Assembly (NCBI RefSeq): GCF_000940845.1
Contig: NZ_CP010341.1
Coordinates: 390,001 to 422,000 of the forward strand
Source: Propionibacterium freudenreichii subsp. freudenreichii
GTDB taxonomy: Bacteria; Actinomycetota; Actinomycetes; Propionibacteriales; Propionibacteriaceae
Reading direction: 5' to 3'
Length of the DNA: 32,000 nt
In this document: in pieces, positions 8,113 to 16,771 of the stretch
How the letters are laid out: each line of letters opens with the position of its first letter
Position numbering within the stretch: the stretch's first letter is position 1
The notes under the pieces: generated by a model
The model's input: the letters and a program-made list of their open reading frames with translations, nothing else
The model's database searches: none
Told to the model about the DNA's origin: nothing
Program-made: the position numbers and the translations under genes

Positions 8113-8526
8113 TTATGGGGTCGGCGATCCCTCCTTCGAGGATGCCGCCGGTTTCCTGTTGCCGTGGACCTCGGCGCTGTCGCCGTTGAGGTCGATGCAC
8201 AAGATCCCGTCCTTCAGCGTGGGACGCCACCGTCGACTCACGCTCGTGTCGATCCCGTAGTACTGAGTGAACGCCGAGGCCGACAAAAGCGTGAGCCCCG
8301 TCCTGCTCTTGGGCTGAGTGCGGATCTGGTAGGCGTTCGGTGAGGCCGTTGCCGGCCGGATGCCGATGATGTTGTTCTCCCTGTCGAAGAGGAGCTCCAC
8401 GGTTTCGGCGTTGTCGATCAACTTGTGGGCAGCACCGTTGAAGGAGAAGATCCCTCGCTTCTGGATCGTCACGCTCGGCTCCTTGCCCAGCGGAGCGACG
8501 CGCTTGTTGAAGACCTCGAATGCCAT
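8113..8526 (-). CDS. hypothetical small protein, first gene of a two-gene operon with 7043-7957
   Basis: GGGAGG lies 5 nt upstream of ATG 8526 (MAFEVFNKRVAPLG...). It is on the same strand, with a 155-nt gap to my preferred TTG start at 7957 (71 nt if the start is GTG 8041). I recognise no family. Confidence 0.5.
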   Translation of the reverse strand: MAFEVFNKRVAPLGKEPSVTIQKRGIFSFNGAAHKLIDNAETVELLFDRENNIIGIRPATASPNAYQIRTQPKSRTGLTLLSASAFTQYYGIDTSVSRRWRPTLKDGILCIDLNGDSAEVHGNRKPAASSKEGSPTP

Positions 8527-8842
8527 ATCCACCTCCCAGATAGTTTAAACAAGAGTGTACCTAAGAAACGTTCGATCCCAAAGGATCGGACGTTGCCATC
8601 TCATCGCGTGAGCTCTTCACGTTGTCCACCGATGTGGGAATCGGCCGATTCGATCGTGCGGCAACGCGTGATTCGACTGCTTGCATCGCAGCACGGACAC
8701 AATGAAACAGGGTGAATGCTCCTATCATCGCCGCGGCGTCCGCAGGAGGGGTGTCGTGCCGAACCATCCCGGGGATGTGTACGGTCGAGCCATGTCGTTC
8801 GGTCGGGGTGAGTGGGTCTTCGTGGATGAGTCGAAGGCCCAC

Positions 8843-10269
8843 GGCTCTTCACGAACGAGGGTGTAGCGCGGGTCTGAATCCGCCGGCTTCGAGCAGCGAC
8901 CGAGCGATGTAGTGGCTGAGGTTGCGGAAGCCGAGGGCCGTGCCGCGGAGGTGTTCGAGTCGGCCGTTGATCGCTTCGGTGGGGCCGTTGCTGGTGCCGG
9001 GGCGGTCGAAGTAGCCGAGCACGTCCGAAGCGCGCTGTGTGAGGGTGCGGGCGAGTTTGCGGATCTCGACGAGCTGCTCCGGGACGCTGGCGCTGATCTT
9101 GTCGATCGTGTGCGCGAGGAAGAATCTGCCCAGGCCGCGGTCCTTGTCCCGGTAGGCGGTGATCATGTCTTGGTAGATGCCCCACGTCGCTTCGACCTCG
9201 ACGTGCCTGTCGTCGACGAACAGGGCATCTAGCCGCGCCTGCTGCTTGTCGGTGAGCAGACCGGCACCGGTGAGCAGGGTCCGTCTGGCCTGGTAGGGCG
9301 GATCGCCCTTCATGCCCCGCCGGCCGAAGACGTCGTGCTGTACCCGGCGTCGGCAGTTCTCCAGCGCGTCACCGGCGAGCCGGATCACGTGGAACGGATC
9401 CATGACCGGGGCCGCGTCGGGCAGTTCTTCGGCGGCGGCGGTCTTGAACCCGGTGAATCCGTCCATGGCGACGACCTCGATCCCCTCTCGCCAGGGCTTC
9501 GGTCTGGCGGCGAGCCAGGTCTTGAACACGGCTTTCGAGCGTCCGGCGACCATGTCCAGCAGCCGTGCCGGGCCGGTCTTGTCGCGCACCGGGGTCAGGT
9601 CGATGATCACGGTCACGTACGTGTCGCCGTGGCGGGTGTGTCGCCACACGTGCTCGTCGACGCCGATCGTGGTCACGCCCTCGAACCGCGCCGGGTCATC
9701 GATCAGCCGCCGGCGGCCCTCGGCGAGGATCGCGTCGTTCGCGGCGGACCAGGACACCCCCAGCCCTGCCGCGACACGCGTGACCGAGAGATGATCGAGG
9801 ACCAAGCCCGCCAGCCCCCACGCCAACCCACCGCGGGAGATCTTCGCCCGTACCGGCGCGGCGGCCGTGGTGTCCTGCCGCCAGACCCGCCCACACCCGC
9901 AGCATTTGTAGCGCCGGACCCGGATCAGCAGGGTCGTGGGCCGATGCCCGAACGGCTCATGCGCGAGCCGACGGATCACCGTGTCGCGCGGGGCGCCCTC
10001 GCATCCACACTCGCGGCACCACCGGTCCGGCTCCACGACACGGCACTCGATCACCGCCCGATCCGGGTCCAGACGCTGCCCGACAGCCTCCAGGCCGAGC
10101 TCGTCGAGACCGCAGAACGTGGTCAGGCAAGGTGTAGTGAAAGTAGGGTGTGACACGTCGAGGTCTTCCGGCAGATGGCGAGTGTGAGAACTTCCATCCT
10201 CAGGGAGACCTCGACCCCTACCCGGCCACCGACACGCTCAACCCGCTACACCCTCGTTCGTGAAGAGCC
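8843..10269 (-). mobile_element. ISL3-family insertion sequence, copy A (1427 bp)
   Basis: Perfect 26-bp terminal IRs GGCTCTTCACGAACGAGGGTGTAGCG at both ends. It is identical to the copy at 26349-27775 except for two positions visible in the translations. The flanks AGGCCCAC and CGTTTGGT do not match, so there is no target duplication. Confidence 0.9.
8849..10156 (-). CDS. ISL3-family transposase (435 aa)
   Basis: An N-terminal zinc-finger-like Cys pair region (CRECGCEG...CCGCGRVW) is followed by a DDE_Tnp_ISL3-type body (IGVDEHVWRH..., VVAMDGFTGFKTA, TSNGPTEAINGRLEHLRG). GTG start. Confidence 0.9.
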   Translation of the reverse strand: MSHPTFTTPCLTTFCGLDELGLEAVGQRLDPDRAVIECRVVEPDRWCRECGCEGAPRDTVIRRLAHEPFGHRPTTLLIRVRRYKCCGCGRVWRQDTTAAAPVRAKISRGGLAWGLAGLVLDHLSVTRVAAGLGVSWSAANDAILAEGRRRLIDDPARFEGVTTIGVDEHVWRHTRHGDTYVTVIIDLTPVRDKTGPARLLDMVAGRSKAVFKTWLAARPKPWREGIEVVAMDGFTGFKTAAAEELPDAAPVMDPFHVIRLAGDALENCRRRVQHDVFGRRGMKGDPPYQARRTLLTGAGLLTDKQQARLDALFVDDRHVEVEATWGIYQDMITAYRDKDRGLGRFFLAHTIDKISASVPEQLVEIRKLARTLTQRASDVLGYFDRPGTSNGPTEAINGRLEHLRGTALGFRNLSHYIARSLLEAGGFRPALHPRS

Positions 10270-10277
10270 CGTTTGGT

Positions 10278-11716
10278 GGCTCATCCCAATCGGGGGTGTA
10301 GGAGTTGGGGTCTGAAGCCGCCGGTCTCGAGCAGGCTTCGGGCGATGTAGTTGGTCAGGTTGCGGAACCCGAGTGCGGAGCCGCGCAGGTGTTCGAGCCG
10401 TCCGTTGAGCGCCTCGGTCGGCCCGTTGCTGGTGCCGGGTCGTTCGAAGTAGGCGAGCACGTCAGCGGCTCGCTTCTTCAGGGTCCGGCCCAGGGTGGTG
10501 AGCTCGGTGAGCACCTTGGGGACGCCGGCGCTGAGGTCGGTGATCAGCTTCTCCATGAGCTCGCGGCCACGTTGCCGGTCCTCGTGGCGATAGGCGGCGA
10601 TCATGCGCTGGTAGACACCCCAGGTCGCCTCGACCTCGACGTGAGCGTCATCAACGAACAGCGCGCGTAGCCTGTCGCTCTGCTTGTCGGTGAGCAGGTC
10701 CGCGCCGGTGTGCAGCGTGCGCCGCGACTTGTAGAGCGGGTCGTCCCTGAACCCACGGTGCCCGTGGATCGCGAGTTGGACCCGGCGCCGGCACCTGTCG
10801 AGGGCGTCACCGGCCAGGCGCACGACGTGGAAGGGATCCATCACCGTGACCGCGTCCGGGATCTCCTCTGCAGCGGCGGTCTTGAACCCGGTGAAGCCGT
10901 CCATCGCGACCACCTCGACCGCGTCACGGAAGGCGTCGTCGCGGTCGGCGAGCCAGGTCTTGAACGCCGCCTTCGACCGGCCCTCGACCATGTCCAGCAG
11001 CCTTGCTGGGCCGGCGCCATCGCGGACCGGGGTGAGGTCGATGATCACGGTGACGTACTTGTCGCCACGCCTGGTGTGGCGCCAGACGTGCTCATCGACG
11101 CCAATGACCTTCACGCCCTCAAACCGCGTGGGGTCGTTGATCAGCAGCCGCTTGCCTTCAGCCAGGACCGCGTTGTTGGCGGTGTCCCACGCGACCCCGA
11201 GTCCCTCGGCGACACGGGCGACGGTGAGGTGTGCGACCACGATCCCTTCCAGCGCCCACCGCAGCCCGGTGCGCGAGAGCTTCGCGCGTGGCTCCGCCGC
11301 GGCGCTGGTGTCTTGGCGCCACACGTGTCCGCAGTCGGCACAGCGGTAGCGGCGCACTACAACTTCCAGCACGGTCGGTCGCCAGCCCAGCGGCTCGTGG
11401 GCCAACCGCCGGATCACGGTGTCACGAGCAGCGCCTTCGCTGCCGCACCGTCGGCACCACTGATCTGGTTCCACCACGCGGCACGCGAGGACCGCACGAT
11501 CCGGTTCAAGTCGTTGTCCGGTCACGCTCAGACCGAGGCCGTCGAGTCGAGCGAAGGCGGTCAGGTCAGGGCGGCCGAAGCCGGCCGGCGGGGTAGCGTC
11601 GGACACGTCGAGGTCTTTCGGATGGATGGCGTAGGAACCTCCATCGTCGGGAGACCTCGACGTCTATCTGCGGACCGACGCGCCCGGCCGACCTACACCC
11701 TCATCTGAGAAGACCC
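10278..11716 (-). mobile_element. Second, divergent ISL3-family insertion sequence, element B (1439 bp)
   Basis: It is flanked by a perfect 8-bp direct repeat CGTTTGGT (10270-10277 and 11717-11724). The imperfect IRs are GGCTCATCCCAATCGGGGGTGTAGG and GGGTCTTCTCAGATGAGGGTGTAGG (18/25 identical). Confidence 0.85.
10281..11606 (-). CDS. ISL3-family transposase (441 aa), paralogous to the copy A/C enzyme
   Basis: It is collinear with the 435-aa transposase along its whole length, with the same Cys motifs plus IGVDEHVWRH and TSNGPTEALNGRLEHLRG, but has many substitutions. Confidence 0.9.
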   Translation of the reverse strand: MSDATPPAGFGRPDLTAFARLDGLGLSVTGQRLEPDRAVLACRVVEPDQWCRRCGSEGAARDTVIRRLAHEPLGWRPTVLEVVVRRYRCADCGHVWRQDTSAAAEPRAKLSRTGLRWALEGIVVAHLTVARVAEGLGVAWDTANNAVLAEGKRLLINDPTRFEGVKVIGVDEHVWRHTRRGDKYVTVIIDLTPVRDGAGPARLLDMVEGRSKAAFKTWLADRDDAFRDAVEVVAMDGFTGFKTAAAEEIPDAVTVMDPFHVVRLAGDALDRCRRRVQLAIHGHRGFRDDPLYKSRRTLHTGADLLTDKQSDRLRALFVDDAHVEVEATWGVYQRMIAAYRHEDRQRGRELMEKLITDLSAGVPKVLTELTTLGRTLKKRAADVLAYFERPGTSNGPTEALNGRLEHLRGSALGFRNLTNYIARSLLETGGFRPQLLHPRLG

Positions 11717-12272
11717 CGTTTGGTAGCCACATCGTGAAAGTGGTAAAAGCCATGGTCAGGAGTGTGAGGACTCTCATTTTGTCCATTGTGGTGCCTTTCA
11801 AAAGCGTCCCGGGTCGGGTGTCATTCTGAATGGCTGCCGTGGCTCCGGGTGTCGTGTGCCACGACGCTAGGGGCGGCCACTGACAGTTCTTGTGCCTGTG
11901 GTGGGCGCAAGTGCCGGGCAAGCGGGCGATCCCCAACCTCCCCGCGCCGCTGTCGTCGGGCGATTTCGACCTACCGGGAACCTTGTTGGCCAGAAACTGT
12001 CAGTGGGGCCTGCTTCACTGAGGCCATGCAGGGTGCCCGCATGTGTGGCGATGAGTCACTGCAGTGCGCACCGTCAAGGGGATCCCGACTTTGCGATCCA
12101 CCTCGGCCTCCAATTCGCCTTGCTGGACGAGATCAGGATTCCGGAACCCCTTCTGGAGGCGACTGGGGTCCTGCTGGACGATCCCGCCTTCGACCCTGAC
12201 CTGCGCCCCGAGGCCATGGCATGGTGTGCTCAGCTCCGTTCGGGTGACGCAGCCGATCGCAACCTCCACTGA

Positions 12273-15200
12273 TCAGGTCGCGGCGGCCCGTGCCGCCAGG
12301 TACAGGCCCTGGGGCATGGGCCGGCGAAGGCGCCATGTGATGCTGATCGGCTTGGAACCGCTGTAACTCACCAGATCGACCAGGCCCAGGAATGTGTACG
12401 GCGCTCCCTTGCCGAGGTCGTCGTTGCCGCGCTGGCGCACGAACAGTGCAAGGTCAAAGCTCTGGGCATGCTCGCCAAGCAGGCGTCGGCCGCTTGAACT
12501 GCCCGGGGTGGTTGCCGATTGCGACTGCCAGTGGAACAGCGTGTCGTTGATTGCGTAGTCCGCATACATGGTGCTGTCGGTGAAGGTATCCGAGTCCTTC
12601 TCCAACTGCACGCTCAATGCGCCGATTCCGGTCGACTCAACCCAGACGACCCCCTCGCGGACATCCCCGGGCATCCGCGCGTCACCATCGGCCCGGCCCA
12701 CGCCGATCGCCGCCAGCAACTCCTCGCGTCGGTAGGTGCCGTGCACCACCAACGGGGTGCCGGCCAGGTTTCCCCCGGGCCTTTCGAACACGGCGCGAGA
12801 TGCGTCGACCGAGGATTCCATGACTTCCCGCAGCTCATCGGAGAACCAGCCATGAGCCCGCAACACGTCGAGGCCGTCGCGGATGCTGCCAATGAGCTGG
12901 TCGTCCTGATCGCGGCCCTTGGGCCACACCGAATAGAACAGCATCTCCGCGGCGATGCGCTGCATGGGCCCCAGGTTGTCCCATTGTGGGCCCTGCGGTG
13001 AGCTCAGGGCCACATATGCCTGGGCGCGCGCCGGATCGTCGACATGGGCGAAATTGCGCACCCGACCACGCAGATAGGCCCCGGTGGGGCTGACGTCGAT
13101 GGTCGTTGCGAGCCCCGCCCGATGCCGGATGAAGGTCATCTCCACCGGCTCGCCGCGGAACTTGGACCGGCCAAAGATGGATCCGAGGGTCAGTCCGGAC
13201 TCGGCAAGGAACCGACGCAGCGAATACTCCGTCGGGCTGGCGGAGCGGCGGGCGTAGTCCGCGAACTCATTCACCAGGCGCAGCGTGGTGGTGGCCAGCT
13301 GCCTCTTCACATTCTTCAGGACTTCCTTCTGCGACATCTTGTCGAACTGGATCTCGCAGCCCGCCGGCAGCTCGCTGAACCCCTTCTCCACAGAGTCGAC
13401 CAGCTGCTTGCGTCCCTGGCCGGTCAAGGCCCGCAGGCGGGGTTCGAAGCTGAAGTCCTCGCGCTGGTGTCCCACGAAGTCCAACACGGTGAGCACCGAC
13501 TTTCCCGGTGCCCGACGCAGACCGCGTCCCAGCTGTTGCAGGAAAATCGTGGCCGATTGGGTCGGACGCAGCATGATCACCGTGTCGATCGACGGGATGT
13601 CGATGCCCTCGTTGAACAGGTCCACGGTGCACAAGCAGGCCAGCCTGCCCTCCCGCAGATCGCGGATGGCCGCCTCGCGGATTTCCCGAGACGACTGCCC
13701 CGACAATGCAACCGATGGCACGCCGGCCTGGCTCAACACATCCGCCATGTAGTGCGCGTGCTCCACGCTCACGCAGAAGGCGAGCGCCTTCATGCGCGTG
13801 GGATCCAGGATGCGGTGGCGCATCGCCGCCAGCACGAGCCGGGAGCGGCCGTCATTGTCCGTGTAGAGCCGTGACAACTCACCGGCCTGGTATTCGCCGC
13901 CGCTGGCCTTGACGCCGCGCAGGTCGGTGTCGTCCCACTGCACGAAGTAATGGAATGGCGCCAGCAGGTCGCCGTCGAGGGCGTCCCACAGGCGCAATTC
14001 CGAGGCGATCCGATCACCGAAGAAGGAGGCGACATTGACGCCGTCAGCGCGTTCGGGGGTTGCCGTCAGACCCAGGAGCTCGCGGGGCTGGAAATGGTCA
14101 AGGATGCGGCGATATGTTGCCGCCTCGGCGTGGTGGAATTCGTCGATCACCATCACGTCGAAGGCGGTGGGATCAAGCGCGTCGAGGTTCATGCGGCTCA
14201 GGGATTGCACGGACGCGAAGACGTGGCGATGCTCGGTCGGGTGTTCGCCGCCGACCAGGAGTTCGCCGAAGTTGGCGTCGTTGAGCACGTGGGCGTAGGT
14301 ACTGCGGGCCTGCTCCAGGATTTCCTTGCGGTGGGCCACGAACAGCAGCGAGAGCGAGCCGGGCTTGTCGCCGCACAGCCGCAGGTAGTCCAGCGCGGCC
14401 AGCACCGTCTTGCCCGTGCCTGTGGCGGCGACCACCAGGTTGCGGTGGAAGTCCTGCTGGCGCTCGTGGGCAAGGTCGTCGAGCATGATCCGCTGGTGGG
14501 GCTGCGGCTGGATGTCGAGGAACGCGGCATCAAAGTGCCGGCCCGGTTGGGTAACGGCCTGCTTGAGGCTGGTGGCCAGCCGCTCGTCGTCGCGCCCGGG
14601 TAGGTAGGGCTCGAATTTCGGATCGTCCCAATAGGTGTCAAAAGCGGTCCCGAGCTTGGAGAACAATGCCAGTTCGTTGACCGCCGAGACCCTGACATTC
14701 CATTCCAGGCCGTCGACCATTGCGGCGTGCGACAGATTCGAGCTGCCGATGAAAGCGGTATGGAATCCGGAATTGCGGTAGATCATCCATGACTTCGCAT
14801 GCAGGCGCGTGGTTCCGGTGTTGTAGTTCACCTTCACCTGGAAACCGAGCTCATCGGCCAACCGGTGGATCGCCGTGGCGTCCGTGGCGCCCATGTACGT
14901 GGTGGTGAGCAGGCGGACTGGCACGCCCTGCTCGTGCAGCATCGCCAGCGTGTCCATGATCGATTGGATGCCCGACCACTTGACGAAGGCGCACAGCAGG
15001 TCGACGCGGTCAGCGGTGGCGAGCTCGAGGTTGAGCGCCTGTGCCAGGGACTCGTCACGGCGTGCGTTGGTGATCAGGGTCGACTCGTTGAGCGGCGTCA
15101 GCGGACGCGTGGCATAGCGCGGACGGCCGTCGGTGAGCGACTGGAGCTCCATCGGATCGCCGCTGGAGTCAGTGACCAGCTGGGCACTGGGGCCGGCGAT

Positions 15201-15437
15201 CTGCCGAAGGAGTTCGTTGGTTGTGTACACCGCCTTGTGGGGTGCCTCCGGCAGGGCGTTCAGATGCTCGCGCAGGGTCCGCTGCACCGAGCCCGACAGC
15301 GCCGCATCGCGCCGTTCGGCGGGAATGGGCTTGCTGGTGGCCTGCAATCCCGTGCGTTCGACGCGCGCCTGGAGTTCCTCGGTGAGCGGGGTCTCGTAGA
15401 GGCCCGGAGCCATGTCGTTGTTGGGATCGTCTGCCAC
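12273..15437 (-). CDS. SauUSI-like type IV (modification-dependent) restriction enzyme candidate: PLD nuclease + SF2 helicase + DUF3427-like C-terminal region
   Basis: An HKD motif LHAKSWMIYRNSGFHTAFIGSSNLS lies in the N-terminal third. Helicase motifs are VVAATGTGKTV (Walker A), VIDEFHH (motif II), LTATPER (motif III), and TVDLFNEGIDIPSIDTVIMLRPTQS with QQLGRGLRR (motifs V/VI). A C-terminal extension of about 300 aa follows. The domain order matches S. aureus SauUSI as I remember it. Confidence 0.65.
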   Translation of the reverse strand: MADDPNNDMAPGLYETPLTEELQARVERTGLQATSKPIPAERRDAALSGSVQRTLREHLNALPEAPHKAVYTTNELLRQIAGPSAQLVTDSSGDPMELQSLTDGRPRYATRPLTPLNESTLITNARRDESLAQALNLELATADRVDLLCAFVKWSGIQSIMDTLAMLHEQGVPVRLLTTTYMGATDATAIHRLADELGFQVKVNYNTGTTRLHAKSWMIYRNSGFHTAFIGSSNLSHAAMVDGLEWNVRVSAVNELALFSKLGTAFDTYWDDPKFEPYLPGRDDERLATSLKQAVTQPGRHFDAAFLDIQPQPHQRIMLDDLAHERQQDFHRNLVVAATGTGKTVLAALDYLRLCGDKPGSLSLLFVAHRKEILEQARSTYAHVLNDANFGELLVGGEHPTEHRHVFASVQSLSRMNLDALDPTAFDVMVIDEFHHAEAATYRRILDHFQPRELLGLTATPERADGVNVASFFGDRIASELRLWDALDGDLLAPFHYFVQWDDTDLRGVKASGGEYQAGELSRLYTDNDGRSRLVLAAMRHRILDPTRMKALAFCVSVEHAHYMADVLSQAGVPSVALSGQSSREIREAAIRDLREGRLACLCTVDLFNEGIDIPSIDTVIMLRPTQSATIFLQQLGRGLRRAPGKSVLTVLDFVGHQREDFSFEPRLRALTGQGRKQLVDSVEKGFSELPAGCEIQFDKMSQKEVLKNVKRQLATTTLRLVNEFADYARRSASPTEYSLRRFLAESGLTLGSIFGRSKFRGEPVEMTFIRHRAGLATTIDVSPTGAYLRGRVRNFAHVDDPARAQAYVALSSPQGPQWDNLGPMQRIAAEMLFYSVWPKGRDQDDQLIGSIRDGLDVLRAHGWFSDELREVMESSVDASRAVFERPGGNLAGTPLVVHGTYRREELLAAIGVGRADGDARMPGDVREGVVWVESTGIGALSVQLEKDSDTFTDSTMYADYAINDTLFHWQSQSATTPGSSSGRRLLGEHAQSFDLALFVRQRGNDDLGKGAPYTFLGLVDLVSYSGSKPISITWRLRRPMPQGLYLAARAAAT

Positions 15438-15611
15438 CCGGCCAGGGTAACGGGTTCGGGCGAGTGCGGTGGCCAGTCCGATATGCGTGGGTAGGGGAGC
15501 GTTGGTGCGAATTGCCGAGGGCTATTCCAGGGGGCGGGTAGATGCCCGCACCCCTGGAATATCGGACCGTCAGAAAGGGCAGGCGCATCTTCCCGTGTGT
15601 TGTGCTCTAGG

Positions 15612-16704
15612 TGTACTTCCCCGGGAGGTTGTGAACGGGTGAGGTAGCGAAGACCTCCGGGCAGGATGTGGGTTACCACACTCACTCTCCTGACCACGGA
15701 GGTCTTCGTGACTCACGCTAACGCACCCTTGACACCGGAAGGGCGTCGTCGTCTTGCTGTTCTCGTCGTGGAACAGGGCTGGTCGTTGCGGCGGGCGGCG
15801 GAACGGTTCCAGTGCTCGCCCGCGACGGTGAAGCGGTGGGCCGACAGGTACCGGGCAGGGCTGCCGTTGATCGACCGTAGTTCGAGGCCCACCTCGTCAC
15901 CGAACCGGCTTTCGCGTAAGACGGAGCATCGGATCGTCGCGTTGCGGTTCACTCGCCGGTGGGGTCCGCACCGGATCGCGTATCACCTGCGGTTGCACCG
16001 TTCCACGGTCGGTCGGGTGCTCGCCCGATACAAGATGCCGAAGCTGATCAACATCGACCAGGCCACCGGGCTGCCGGTTCGCCGCCCGAAGCCGACACGG
16101 TACGAGGTCGCCGCGCCGGGCCAGCTCGTGCACGTAGATATCAAGAAACAAGGCCGGATCCCCGACGGCGGCGGGTGGCGTGCCCACGGTCGCGGATCCA
16201 TGCAGGACCGTCACGCGGGAGTGGCCCGCGACAAGGCAGCCCGTGCCGGGGCAGCCGGCTCTCGCGGCTACCGGTATCTGCACCACGCCGTGGACGACCA
16301 CTCCCGGATCGCGTACTCAGAGATCCTTGACGACGAGCGCAAAGAGACCGCAGCGGGGTTCTGGACCCGCGCGAACGCGTTCTTCGCAGGCCTGGGCGTC
16401 ACAGTCACCGCGGTGATGACCGACAACGGTTCCTGCTACCGGTCAGGCGCCTTCGCTGACGCGCTCGGCGACGAGGTGAAGCACAAGTGGACCCGGCCAT
16501 ACCGGCCGCAGACCAACGGCAAGGTCGAGCGGTTCAACCGAACCCTCGCCGTCGAGTGGGCCTACGCGAAGCCCTACGCCAGCGAAGCCGAGCGCGCCGC
16601 AGCCTACGAGACCTGGCTCCATCACTACAATCACCACAGACCCCACACCGGGATCGGCGGCCAGACTCCCTCAGCCCGCGTTCACAACGTCACGGGGAAG
16701 TACA
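15612..16704 (+). mobile_element. IS481-family insertion sequence (1093 bp)
   Basis: The terminal IRs are TGTACTTCCCCGGGAGGTTGTGAACG and TGTACTTCCCCGTGACGTTGTGAACG (24/26 identical). It is flanked by the direct repeat TCTAGG (15606-15611 and 16705-16710), which contains the CTAG target typical of IS481-type elements. Confidence 0.85.
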
Positions 16705-16709
16705 TCTAG
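15708..16709 (+). CDS. IS481-family DDE transposase (333 aa from GTG 15708)
   Basis: The N-terminus VTHANAPLTPEGRRRLAVLVVEQGWSLRRAAERFQCSPATVKRWADRY (HTH) is followed by an integrase core (VHVDIKK...YLHHAVDDHSRIAY...VMTDNGSCYRS...RPQTNGKVERFNRTL). GGAGG lies 5 nt before the GTG. The stop TAG (16707-16709) lies in the flanking TCTAGG. Confidence 0.85.
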   Translation: MTHANAPLTPEGRRRLAVLVVEQGWSLRRAAERFQCSPATVKRWADRYRAGLPLIDRSSRPTSSPNRLSRKTEHRIVALRFTRRWGPHRIAYHLRLHRSTVGRVLARYKMPKLINIDQATGLPVRRPKPTRYEVAAPGQLVHVDIKKQGRIPDGGGWRAHGRGSMQDRHAGVARDKAARAGAAGSRGYRYLHHAVDDHSRIAYSEILDDERKETAAGFWTRANAFFAGLGVTVTAVMTDNGSCYRSGAFADALGDEVKHKWTRPYRPQTNGKVERFNRTLAVEWAYAKPYASEAERAAAYETWLHHYNHHRPHTGIGGQTPSARVHNVTGKYI

Positions 16710-16771
16710 GGGGCGGCTGTGTGGGCGGCCAACGCGTGGGAAGCGTTGAAGTCGCGGTAGTCGCCCGCGTG

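Noticed and set aside
8601-11708. Long ORFs antisense or out of frame within the ISL3 transposase genes (for example 9335-10153, 10710-11708, 8601-9185, and their mirror images at 26465-27283)
   Set aside because: These are high-GC shadow ORFs with Arg/Pro/Gly-rich, low-complexity translations, and they fully overlap well-supported transposase genes.
11892-12272. 126-aa plus-strand ORF converging on the helicase stop; its last ~72 codons, from ATG 12051, have reasonable third-position GC
   Set aside because: It has no recognisable Shine-Dalgarno, no family resemblance and an Arg/Pro-rich N-terminal part. It might be a gene relic but is not supportable as a feature.
12273-15437. Assigning the PLD-helicase protein to Mokosh type II or to Hachiman/Gabija-type helicase systems
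   Set aside because: As I recall it, Mokosh uses an SF1 Upf1-like (COG1112) helicase, and the other systems need partner genes that are absent here. The ResIII-type SF2 motifs plus the long C-terminal domain fit the SauUSI architecture better.
12519-15494. Multiple 60-280-aa ORFs on the plus strand and in other frames inside the 1054-aa helicase gene
   Set aside because: These are shadow ORFs of a high-GC gene. The minus-strand frame carries the complete PLD and helicase motif set.
15666-15707. ATG at 15666 as the IS481 transposase start (MWVTTLTLLTTEVF...)
   Set aside because: The extension has no Shine-Dalgarno. GTG 15708 is preceded by GGAGG at 5 nt and gives the VTHANAPLTPEGRRRL N-terminus typical of this family.
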